A DNA stretch of 64,000 nucleotides. Origin: Enoplolaimus lenunculus (lineage: Eukaryota). The notes beneath the pieces are model-generated. The model was not told the DNA's origin. It made no database searches and worked only from the letters and a program-made list of their open reading frames with translations. Both the position numbers and the translations under genes were made by a program. Where the stretch lies: the NCBI GenBank assembly GCA_030248215.1, contig JASANG010000957.1, positions 124,001 through 188,000 on the forward strand, written 5' to 3'. Of the stretch, positions 24,572 to 36,574 are shown piece by piece (the stretch's first letter is position 1; every line of letters begins with the position of its first letter).

Positions 24572-24823
24572 CACTGTAAATTCCAGTGAGTTGATTTTAA
24601 CTCAGAATGAATTGAACCACTCAGTCTGAGTTAGGACTATTAGTACTCTCAATTCTGAGTTGTTTCCACTAATTCTGATTTAATTAATCAATTCCGCCGG
24701 ATTCAACTCAACTCAGAGTGAGAATGAGCTCAACTGAGAGTGAGTAAAAGTTAACTTTTATTAACTCAGAAATTACTAACTATTCGTGTGAGTTGATTAA
24801 TTAACTCATTGGAATTTACAGTG
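24572..24823. mobile_element. CACTG MITE inserted in a TTAGGC repeat
   Basis: AGGCT-TA|CACTG...CAGTG|TA-GGCTTAG. Confidence 0.85.
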
Positions 24824-26429
24824 TAGGCTTAGACATATTCTTAGGAATGAATATGCTTTATGCCATATGCCACTGTTATGGCCCTGATTAATATATTGGC
24901 CATTTTGTTTAAAGAAAATGCACGAGCCCGCAACCAGGACTACTTAAATGTGAGAATATATCTGTTGGTAGAGGGGGTGCGCGAAGTATTTCGCCCCCCC
25001 GTCATTTGTGAGATTGAAATTTGAAAAACTACTTTTAAGTACCGACAATTAATATTTCAATACCCTCAAATTAAAAATATCAAATACAGCAAATCACAAC
25101 GTTTCCAACCGTTATTGCCGACGTTTTAACTTTGAACTGAAAAACGCTTTATATTTGAAATCAAATAAGCAATTATAGCACAAATTAAACGTATTACATA
25201 CAGTTGCAAACAACGTTTACAGTTAAAATATTTTTCAAAACTTTAAGCTAAAAATGTCGAATAAGCTTCAAAACGCTGAGAATGCAAGCAGTGCTTAAGA
25301 CGGAAATAAAACTACGAATACGCAGACGACAGAGTTAACGGTCCAGTTATAAGCAGTTAGTTCTTATAGATATAGCACTCTATGTCAACATTGCTATTTG
25401 AACGCCGTATATTTTTTGCCGTAGTGCAACAATGCAATAAAATTGCAGAAAACGTTATATACTCCGTCCTGAAGCAAGAACGGGGCCCAGTAGAGCCTAT
25501 ACCATGGAATTTTGGCCGACGTAAAAAATTTTCAACCTTGCTTGTAAGCCGATTAGTTATGTTTGTACAGTCCTTCTACACTGTAAATTTCAATGAGTTA
25601 ATTTTAACTCAGAAAAAGTTAAATCACCTCAGTCTGATTTAGGACTATTTAGAACTCAAAATTTTGAGTTGATTCAACTCATTCTGATTTAATCAACCAA
25701 CTGCCCTCGGAATCAACTCAACTCAGAGTAAACGAATCAACGAAACTCAGAATGTGAGTTAAAGTTTACTGTTATTAACTGAGAAATAACTAACTTTTCG
25801 TCTGAGTTGATTAGTTAACGCATCGGAATTTACAGTGAGTGGAACCAGTAGAACCTATACCGATCAATTTTAGCCGACGTAAAAAATTTTCAACCTTGCT
25901 TGTAGGCGATTAGGTATGTTTGTACGGTCTTCGTAATTGTTTTGCATGCTCATAGCAAGTACCGCTGGTTAAACGCGATTCAGTCCAAAATCGTGAGGAG
26001 ATAAACGTCATACGAAACATTTCTCTGAACGAACCATACAAATATACAGACCAAATGTTACGATCGTAAAACTGCAGATCAAGCGTATTCCTCAGCCTAA
26101 GCCTAATGCCCTAAGTGTTGAAAAAGTATCTAAAGCACAAATTGTAGCCTAAAATCAAAGTCTACTCTCTTATAGTCCATCAGACACCGAGACTGTCCTA
26201 AAAGTACACATGTGCCGAAATATATATAATTTCGGACAATACGTTTCAGCTAAAACAATTACAAATAGTAATTGCAAATTTTTGTATTTTATTCCTTTAC
26301 TCGCGTGAATACATTAATTTCAATTGAACTCTTATTTCAACCGGCAGTTGAGCACATTACTCTCGGATATAAAGCATTTACCGCCACTGTTTCACTCAAT
26401 GTAAGCTCTCGCCACAGTAAAATTCATAC

Positions 26430-26750
26430 CAAGAGTGGATGATCACTCTTTATAACAAGAGTGTGCAACTGGGTACATTCTGTGTATTGAAAAATGTACC
26501 CGGCACGCGTTGCGTTTTTGGTATACCCCCCTTATTTGGGGGGGATCGTTGAACCAATATTTTGAATTTTAGCTAAAGTCGCTCCGATTATATTTTAACT
26601 CTTGTGTTTACTATGTAGATTAAGTGGTGACTACCCCCCCCCCAAACCAGGGGGGTCGAGCAAAAATGCAACGCATGCTGGTACACTTTGTGCCATGCAC
26701 AGCCCAAGCAGTTGCACACTCTTCTGCAATGTGGACATCATCCACTCTTG
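26430..26750. mobile_element. TIR element with 7-bp TSD (P-superfamily-like, tentative)
   Basis: 14-bp TIR CAAGAGTGGATGAT; TTCATAC on both sides; relatives at ~18866-19500 and ~30294-30873. Confidence 0.55.
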
Positions 26751-27956
26751 TTCATACAAATATTTTAGAAGGGAAAAATTATCACTTTATTCAATTTCAC
26801 TGAGCTGATTTTAACTCAGAATGATTTGAAATACTCAGTCTGACTTAAGACAATCAGAACTCAAAAATTTGAATTTATTTACTTCATTCTGAGTTAATTA
26901 ATCAAGTCGCCGAGATTTAACTCAACTCAGAGTGAGAATTAACTCAACTCAAAGTGAGTTGATGTTTACTGATATATTAATTCTGAAATAACCAGCTCGC
27001 TAGCTGAATTGATTAAACAACTCATTAGAACTTACAGTATATGCTCACAGTTTGCACAAAATATTTCATCAACCATTCAAAGTTTTATTGCAACAATAGC
27101 CCTTACACTGTAAATTCCAGTGAGTTGATTTTGACTCAGAATGAGTTGAATAACTCAATCTGAGTTAGGACTATCAAAACTCACAATTCTGAGTTGATTG
27201 AACTCATTTTGATTTAACCAGTCAACTTCCCCGGAATCAACTCAACTCAGAATGAGTTAAAGTTTACTGCTATTCACTCCGAAAACATAAATTTCCGTCT
27301 AAGTTGATTAATTAACTCATTGGAATATACAGTGTAGCATTACTTAGCTAATGTTTAAAAGATACGATTGTGTACTTAGCCAAACAATATTTTAGCAAAG
27401 CTAAAATTTTGCAAAAAAATGATGTTTACAGAAACTTTTTAGCTAAACTCAAAATTGTACCTCTTATGTTAGAAGGAAATATAATTCGAACAATTTTTTT
27501 AAGAAATATTGAAGTTTGTTACTCTAAACCTCAAGTAGACAAGACAAACATTATTTTGACGCTTGTAGCTGGGTGCAGCGACAACTCCATCTATTGCAAA
27601 CAACTTTGCTCAATGCTGTGTGTGCTAAATTCCGATGAGTTGATCAATTATCTCATAAACAGCGAATTAGTCATTTCTGGTTATTTCTGAGTTAAATAAC
27701 AACAAACATCAAGTCGCTCTGAGCTGATTTAATTCCGGGTGTTAATTAACACACACTGTAAATTTGAGTGAGTTGATTTTAACTCAAAATGAGTTGAATC
27801 ACTCAATCTGAGTTAGGACTATCAGAACTCACAATTTTGAGTTGATGCAATTCGTTCTGAGTTAATTAATCAACTCACCCAGATTCAACTCAACTCACAG
27901 TGAGAATCAAGTCAACTCAGAGTAAGTTAAAGTGTTCTGTTATTAACTCAGAAATA

Positions 27957-28916
27957 ACCAGTCGTAGCGGGACTACATTTATTGAGCGAAGCTCGAACGC
28001 ACTTAAGCAATTAAGGTAATATGCAAATTAGTTATTGGCTAACTATTAATTTATCGGTTTTGGAGGTTTCTAAGCAATTTCCTCAGATTCCGCGCACCCA
28101 AAAACCTTCAGTAAACCCTAATAATTATTGAAATAATTTAAAAAGTCCTAGTTTTGTCTTGTCAATTAAGCTAATATGCAAATTAGCTATTAGCTAACTA
28201 TTCAATTATCGGTTTTGGATGTTTGTAAAGTATTTATTCAAATTCCTCGCACCGAAAAACCCTTTAGGGCTGAAATTATATTGCTTTTAACCTTAATAAT
28301 TAGTGAAATATTGTAAAAAGTCGTAATTTAGGCTTATAAACTATGCTAATATGCAAATTATCTATTAGCTAACTATTCAATTATCGATTTTGGAGGTTTG
28401 TAAATAGTCTACGCAGATTCCTCGCACCCAAAAACCCTTAAATGCTAAAATTACATTGCTTTTAACTGTAATAATTAGTGAAATATTGTGGAAAGTCCTA
28501 ATTTAGGCTTATAACCTATACTAATATGCAAATTATCTATTAGCTAACTGCTCAATCATCGGCTTTGGAGGTTTTTAAACAGTCTACGTAGATTTCTCGC
28601 ACCCCAAAACCCTTTAATGCTAAAATTAGATTGCTTCTAACTGTAATAGTTAGTGAAATATTGTGGAAAGTCCTAATTTAGGCTTAATTAATTATGCAAA
28701 TTAGCCTTTAGCTAATAAACGGCTTAAAATTTTCAAACCCCAATGCGAGGTTAATACCACAGTATAATTGGCTTTCAAACAAAAAAAGTTTATGAAAATC
28801 GGTTCAGCCGTTCCTGAGATTCTGCTCGGACGGACAGACGGACAGACGGACAGACGGACGGACGGACATCCACCTTTCGACCCCCAAGTACAAAACATAA
28901 AACGCTTCGCTCAATT
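27957..28916 (-). mobile_element. Helentron-associated non-autonomous element (DINE-1/HINE-like), nested in a CACTG MITE
   Basis: 12-bp subterminal inverted repeats ATTGAGCGAAGC (27981-27992, 28904-28915), (GACG/GACA)n microsatellite 28828-28868, terminal stem-loop GTAGCGGGACTAC, internal ~175-bp tandem units, insertion at AA/TT without TSD. Confidence 0.8.
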
Positions 28917-29164
28917 AACTTTCCGTCTGAGTTTATTAATTAACTCATTGGAATTTACACTGCAGAACGAGTTCAATCAATTCAAAATTCAGAACTCCGA
29001 TGAGTCGATCAATCAAATCATACAACGAATCAGTCATTTGTGGATATTTCTGAGTTAATGACAACAAACATTAACTCGCTGTGAGCTGATTTAATTTCGG
29101 GTCTGTTTACTAATCAACACAGAGCGAATTCAATCAATACAGAATTTTGAGTTCTGAAAACCTA

Positions 29165-29416
29165 CACTGTAAATTTCAGTGAGTTGATTTTAACACAGAA
29201 TGAGTTGAATCACTCAGTCTGAGGTGGGACTATCAGAACTCAGAATTTAGAGTTGATTCAGTTGATTATGAGTTAATTAATCAACTCACCCAGAGTCAAC
29301 TCAAATCAGAGTATGAATCAACTTAACTCAGAGTGAGTTAATGTTGACTGAAATTAATTCAAAAATAACCAACTCGCTAGATGAATTGATTAATCAACTC
29401 ATTGAAATTTACAGTG
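29165..29416. mobile_element. CACTG MITE nested in another CACTG MITE (~28960-29490)
   Basis: TA TSD; the flanks rejoin as CTGAAAACC-TA-ATTCAGAGC, the internal sequence of the sibling subfamily. Confidence 0.8.
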
Positions 29417-29941
29417 TAATTCAGAGCTGAGAGATCTTTGGGGATTCAACTCGTTCTGAGTAAAAATTAACTCACTGGAATTTGCAGTGTTTAAATTTCC
29501 CAAACTCCCTATTGCAATCATTTCAACGCAGCGAGTGTCCGAGTGACCCCTGATTTCCAACATCAAAACTTTGTTATTAATCGTTGTTTTTATGTTTTAG
29601 CTCGCTTGACTATCGATGTTTCTTTCAACATCATTGTAAATTCAAATGAGTTTATTATAACTCAGAACAAGTTGAATCCACTCACAGAAGTGTGAGCTCT
29701 GAATTAGTTTTTCAGAACTGAGAATTCTGAATTGACTGAACTCATTTTGAGTTAATTAATCAGCAAGCTCAGCATTAAATCAGCTCAGCGTAAGTGAAAT
29801 ATATAAATGTTCACTGTTATTTACTCAGAAATAACCAGTAATATGTAATTCTCTCTGAATTTATTAATCAATTGCGTAGAAATTACCGTTATAAATATGT
29901 TACGTTGTACCACTACTTGGTGCCCATCCGCCTTTGGAATC

Positions 29942-30101
29942 GGCCAATGTGTATATAGAACAGGGCCGTACCGTTTTCCGTAGGGGCTATAATAGAGTCA
30001 GTTTAAGCTTTAGACTAATTTTTTGCTTAGGCTTACGCTTAGGCTAATAAGCTTAGGAATATACTTATACTACTGTTCCGGCCCTGTTCTATACATAGGC
30101 C
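29942..30101. mobile_element. Telomeric-repeat MITE (Merlin-like)
   Basis: Same TIR family; perfect 8-bp TSD TTGGAATC. Confidence 0.85.
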
Positions 30102-31478
30102 TTGGAATCAGTTGCTGCGCGTAAGATTTCGAAGGTAATCAACTATGGGTTAAAACTAACCCAGTATATTAATTGTTTAAATACAACTCTTGGTCTTACG
30201 AAATTTCATAAAACCGTAAGAACAAATTCATCAGACGTTAGCACCGGTCGAAATGACATGCGCTTACTCTGAAGTATAACAACACAGATACACCAACAGT
30301 GGATGATTAATACTTTAAACAAGAGTATGCAGCTGGAAACATTATGTGTACAAAGAATGTACCCAGCGAACGTTGTGTTTTTGGCTCACCCCATTATTTA
30401 GGGGGGAACACATTGCAACTTTCTTGCACCCACTCCTGTTAACTAAATTTAAACACACTGTAAATTCCAATGAGTTGAATAATCAACTTAGATATAGAAT
30501 TAGCTATTTACGGGTGCTTCTGATAACAGTAAAAGTATTAACTCACTCTGAGCTGATTTAACTGAGGGTGAGTTGATTAATTAATTCATAATGAATTCAA
30601 TCAATTCAGAATTTTAAGTTCTGAAAGCCATGATTCAGAGCTCAGGTTTCTGAGTGCGCTCAACTCATTCTGAGTTAAAATCAATTCACTGAAATTTAAA
30701 GTGCAAATTATTAATTGCTTACTTTATATTCTATTTTCAACGGTGCACGTAACATTTACGCCCTCTTTAAATTGAGGGGGTCGGGCAAAAATGTAACGCA
30801 TGATGGTACATTTAGCACCACGCGATAGCGTAAAAAGTCGCATATTCTTGTCTTTAGAGTCATGGCCGACTCTTGGTTAATACACGAAACATTACAATAT
30901 TTGCCACACTGCAAATTCCAGGGAGTTGATTTCAACTCAGACTGAGTTAAATCACTCAGTCTGAGTTAGGACTATCACAAACTTATAATTCTGAGTTGAT
31001 ATAACTCATTCTGGTTTAATTAATCAACTTTCCCCGAATCAATTCAACTCAGAATCAGAATCAACTTAACTCAAAGTGAGTTAAAGTTTGTTGTTATTAA
31101 TTCAGAAGTAACTTTTACTTTCCGTCTGAGTTGATCAATTAACTCATTGCAATTTACAGTTTACCAATAACTTTATATTTGTTCGTTTCATTTTTAAACA
31201 ACCAATGCCAGATGGACTCATTCGTATTTACAAACACCATTTGTTCAATCGGATGAAACCTAATACTGGAAATTTGTGGCCAAATTATTTGACCAAAAAC
31301 AACTCGAAACATTACAATACCCTGCTGATCTTAACAATGTTTATACAAAACCTCTTACAGCAGTAATTGATTTTGCGTCATGTTTTCACAGCGGCTGTGT
31401 TACAAAATAGGCTTGCAACCGAACTTTTGACTAAGTTGATTTAGCATCATAACGTCTCGTTATATAGTTATGACTAAT

Positions 31479-31959
31479 GGCCCATGTATAGAACAGGACC
31501 GGAACGTTTTCATGGTGCGGTGCACTGTAAATTTCAGTGAGTTGATTTTAACTCAGAATGAGTTGAATCACTCAGTCTGAGTTAGGACTATCACTTATCA
31601 GAACTCAGAATTTTGACTTCATTCAATTCGTTCTGAGTTAATTAACCAACCCGCCCAGAGTCAATTCAACTCAGCTTGAGAATCAAATCACCTCAGAGTG
31701 AGTTTATGTTTACTGATATTAATTCAGACATAACCAACTCACTAGCTGAATTGATTAATCAACTCATTTGAATTTACAGTGTGTAAATAGTGTCAGGTTA
31801 AGCTGAGACTAATTTTTTTGCTTAGTCTTTAGGCTTAATAGACTTAGGCATTAGGCATAGGCTTACGATTAGGCTTAGGTATACGCTAATTCTTACTCAT
31901 AGGCTTAGGCTTAGAAATATGCTTATACCACTGTTCCGGCTGTGTTCTATACATGGGCG
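31479..31959. mobile_element. Telomeric-repeat MITE containing a nested CACTG MITE (31523-31781)
   Basis: TSD TGACTAAT/TGACTAAA; the nested element has a TG duplication. Confidence 0.8.
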
Positions 31960-32678
31960 TGACTAAATGAAAATTTTAGGTATAATTGATTGTTTTGACA
32001 TATTATCAGTGATAAACAATGTTCCCCGATACCAGAGTTGCCATGTTAAAATTATGCGATAAATAAATAATCGAATCAAGTGTACGATAAAAAGCTTTTG
32101 TCTTAAAAATCATCTCAAAAAACATTTTACTGAATATTAAACTTTTTCGATTACCACTAAATCGACCTCACGAATTTGTGAAAAAATATTAATTTTTCCA
32201 AAAAAAATGAAAATTTCACAAAAAAAACACTTTTTTCTCAAATTGTTTTAAAATTCAAAACAAATACAAAAAAAAGATTCTTTCAAAAAAATTACAAAAG
32301 GCGGTTGCATAATTTTAAAATTGACTCAAAATCTTGCACGCTTTTCGTCAATGATTACGTGTTTTTGAACCAGATTTAAACAGGGTTGGCCATTTTTTGC
32401 GGAAATCATGTCCAAAGGGTTTTGTCACTAAACCTCAATAACAACCTAAATCGCAGCCTAAGCGTCAACATAAATAGAAGCCTAATCCTGAGCCGGAGCC
32501 TAAAAGCGTCCCAGTCTCTAAATTCAACGATATTTGTGTCTCCCAACGGATAAACCCCTATTTGCAGCGGATGGCAAGTTAATTATGACATCTGCTCAAA
32601 TTATAAGGTATAGGCTCACTTGTCGTTGCATTCTAACTATACTTTGTACATTTATCACTGCAATTATTCACAATTTAA

Positions 32679-34384
32679 CCCTTTAACTCATAGAGTATAC
32701 TACGAGCAGCTAAATATATAAATAATATCCGAGTAACACAGACACTGTGAGCAGTGTTTAACAATTCTAACATCATTGAAACACGCTAGTGTTTACAATA
32801 TATGCTTCAAGCATCGAGAATGCACGCTTTTTGAAAGTTTTGCAGAATGTTCTCTGCAAGAAAGCAGAGCTGGAATGAGGTAACTTACGTATAGAATATC
32901 CTAATTAGCCGCTTTGACACCATACACAAATTGGACAGCTAAACGTCTCATTTAAGTTGTTATTAAAAGTTTGATTTTTGTAAATTTTCGAAAAAATTGT
33001 ATTACAAATATGTAATTACCATAGCTAGTCGATATTATTGTGTGATGCTAATGACACCGTGCAATAGATTACGTGTCCCTACGATGTTTGTTCTACAGAA
33101 ATTGCTAACTAAGACAGTAATATTTTGTAATAACCTCCATGCATTATAGCTTAGAACAGGCTGCTTTTTGGTGGATTGCAATGGAGCAAGTGTACGCTTT
33201 AGACTTATATTTTGTTTACGCTTAGGCGTACGCTTAGGAGTAGACTTAGCATAAAACCTCACCGTATCTTATGTAAAAGAAAGAAACTAGGTAAAAGTGC
33301 CCCTAGAAGGGACAGATTGTGATATGTTTCGCTTGAAGCTTGTAAAAGAGTTTAAACAAGGGTTTGTTAGACCATAGATCAGTAGGTAATGCTTATAATA
33401 TTAGCTTCATAACTTCTATGCAAATAGTTGTCATCTATATCTTTGACGGCTGTCTTTCAGTGTTAACACGCTTGCAGTCAGTGAAACAAGAAACATATGG
33501 GCCCAACGAACTTTCATCTGTTAAGCTATAAATTGGCACTATGGGTTTTCAAGGCGTTCTAAAGTACAACTCTCAACATGCCTTTCGTATAATAGTCAGT
33601 TGATTTTTAAAGTTATCTCAATTGAGCGCCTGCAGAACATGTTCTTTGAAACATTTAGCAACGTTTGAATGGTATTTTCTAGATGAATGGCTTAAATATA
33701 TCACGGCACAGAACACAATTTGGAAAAGTTTCTCGACTTCACATCATCAAATTGTCATGGTACAGATAGGTAAAATAGTCGAGCACGTATGCGTGACATT
33801 TTTTATTCGATAATCAATAGACGTAATTTGTAATCTTGCAATATTGAAATATTTACTAATCAAGTTTTAGAAACATAACATTTTAAAACTCAAAAAATAT
33901 CCTCTTCCAATGAAGAATGCTAGACTAGATCACTTATAAACTGAGCATTGTAAAGCCCAACAAACGCTAAAATTAAGCTGATAGGTGATGTCCGCTGGGC
34001 CCATGTTTCTTGTTTCACTGACCGCAAGCGTGTTAACACTGTAAGACAGCCGTCAAAGATATAGATGACAACTATTTTCATAGAAGTTATGGAGCAAATA
34101 TTATAAGCATTACCTACTGATCTATGGTCTAACAAACCCTTGTTTAAACTCTTTTACAAGCTTCAAGCGAAACATATCACAATCTGTCCCTTCTAGGGGC
34201 ACTTTTACCTAGTATATGCGCAGTTCAAAATCTCTACAAGTCGTGAGAGCCCCCTCGGGTTCGAGCGTCAAGCTCCTATAGCTGAGTGGTCATCGTAAAC
34301 GTTTACCACCAAAGAGACTGGGGATCGAATCTTCTCTTGAATTTATATCTCATATGAAACTGAAAATATTCATGTGAGAAACGG
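32679..34384 (+). mobile_element. Second copy of the piggyBac-type tRNA-like MITE, interrupted by a Helitron
   Basis: TTAA flanks (32675-32678, 34385-34388); the two halves are colinear with 3958-4220. Confidence 0.8.
32773..34212 (+). mobile_element. Non-autonomous Helitron with an internal inverted copy of its 3' end
   Basis: Starts TC, ends CTAG, lies between A and T with no TSD; hairpin TGTCCC-TTCTA-GGGGCA just before CTAG. The empty site TAACA|TATATGC is visible in the paralogous MITE at 4044-4055. Confidence 0.85.
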
Positions 34385-35825
34385 TTAAGTAGCAAACGCC
34401 GTGTTTATGAAACACCAAACTGGTCAAAACTCGGAAAAAGTTGTAAATCAGAAGCATTTTTCGCTTTAGGATTAACCAAACATTTATGAACCACATGAAA
34501 CCAAGGTTTCGGTGGCGTTCGACAATTTTGTCCAATTCAAGTAATGTAATCATGTCTCTGACTGCCTTGACGGCGTATGAAATTAATTTTAAAGTCTACA
34601 AAAGCGTTTCATTTGTAAAAAATTTCAAGGATATACAGATCACATTTTATCTATTTAACCCCGTTAATAGGAGCAAAAATTGCAATTATAAAACAAAAAT
34701 TAATATAAACTAACCCGTGTATGGAACAGGAGTTAACAGTGCTATAAGCATATACCTAAGCCTAAACCTAAGCCTAACAATGAGCTTATATCTAAGCCTG
34801 AGACTAAGCAAAATAATTAGTCTAAAGCGTATAAAGCTTAAATATTCCAGAGTAAAGGCATTTAGCGTTCCGCTCCTGATCTTTTCATGGGCTAATACTC
34901 GTAAGGTTCGCGCAGAAAAAAAACTGACTTCTAGCATTGACGTGTCACTATACAAACTAGATCAGCATTCAAGTATATACATGGTTCAATGAGCGCAAAA
35001 CACGGTTTCAGATGGACTAAAATGTACTGAGAAAATATTTATTTAGTAAGAAAAAAATTAAACAAATTTTGCAATAAACTTGCTATCACAATATTAAACT
35101 TTTGAGAACGAAATCTTTGAAAGCTATTTTATTCATTTCTGAAACGAATTCAAGTTTATCAAACAAATATTTAACATGGACCATGCGTTTTAATAAGTCG
35201 AATGAACTTGCATCTTATTGCAACTAAACCGAAACAGGTCCATGTAAAGATCAGGGGCGGAACCTATTTTTTGTGGGACTGGAAAAGAGTAAGCTTAAAC
35301 TTTTTTTGCTTGGCTTTATGCTTTGGGCTTAGGCTTAGGCTTTGGAATATGCTCATTCTTACGCTAAGGCTTAGGCTTGGGTAGGAATATGCTACTGTTA
35401 CGCCGCTGTTCTTCACATTGGCCTCCGAAACACAACACCATCATATTGCTGGTCAACGCTATTGTGCTGGAAGTTGAAAGGCAGAGGTGTACAAACACCC
35501 TGAACAGTCAAATTGGGGGGCACACAAATATTTTTCGCAAAAATATGAAACTTGATTAGTCTTTTGCCCAAAATTTTGTAATTTTTTAGTATAAAAGTTT
35601 TTAAAAATATGTTTCAAATTGTCACGTTTTGCGCGAGGTAATACATAACCTGCGCCTTCTGATGTCGACCTGAAGCGTAGTGAAATGGTGACAAAACGAT
35701 TGCGAGCAAAACTGGCGAAAAACCAGATGTAATTTTACGAAATATCAGCAAAACATTTTGGTATGGGGGTATAAGTCTATGGGTGATCCCCTTTAAATCT
35801 GGCAGTAATCAGACAGTTGAAAGTA

Positions 35826-36031
35826 CACTGCAAAAAATGGTGAGTCAAATTGACTGTCTCCGAAATAGGCTCAACGGGACTACAAAACTGAGTCAAATTC
35901 GACTCCGCCAGAGTCAAACGTGCGACTTTACTGAGTCGAATTTGACTCTGGCGGAGTTGAATTTGACTAGTTTGTGTAGTCCCGTAGAGCCTATTTCGGA
36001 TAGTCAATTTGACTCACCATTTTTTGCAGTG
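35826..36031. mobile_element. ~205-bp near-perfect foldback MITE, second CACTG family
   Basis: TA|CACTGCAAAAAATGGTGAGTCAAATTGACT...TTTTTTGCAGTG|TA, almost entirely palindromic; siblings at 52769-52966, ~56940-57103, ~58830-58883. Confidence 0.85.
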
Positions 36032-36574
36032 TACGGGAGTAGATCTGAAGCCACCAGAAGAATGGTTTAGCGTGCAACGTTATATATATAATGTGTAGCG
36101 TTCCTTGTTCTGTTTTTAGTAAACAAATTTTGTATCTTAAGCGAATTTAGATTTAGTATATATATACCAGGCATGCAGCCGGTTTTGCGCAATGCGCAAA
36201 AGTTAGAGAGTACACTAATGCGGGGTTCACGTTATAACCGGGGCAGTTTAGGACACGTTTTGTCCCTATTAGACTATTGAGTCACATTTTGTCTGCTTGT
36301 AGACCCATATATTATTCAAAAATTCGTATTTGTCTGCTAATATCATGTGTCGATCACCTTTTGTCCTTCAATATCATATGGTATTCGAGGTATTGTCTGC
36401 GAATATCATATGATATATTTTCAAATTTCTGCATCGTTGATGTAACATACCCAAATTGTCCTGTTGAAAATCATTTGATACTAGAATTTGCAATTTGACT
36501 TTTTGAATTTTAAAGCTGTGGTTCTAAGCGATTTTGTGTCGGAAACAATTTGCAGGCATGTATTTGGTATTTAA

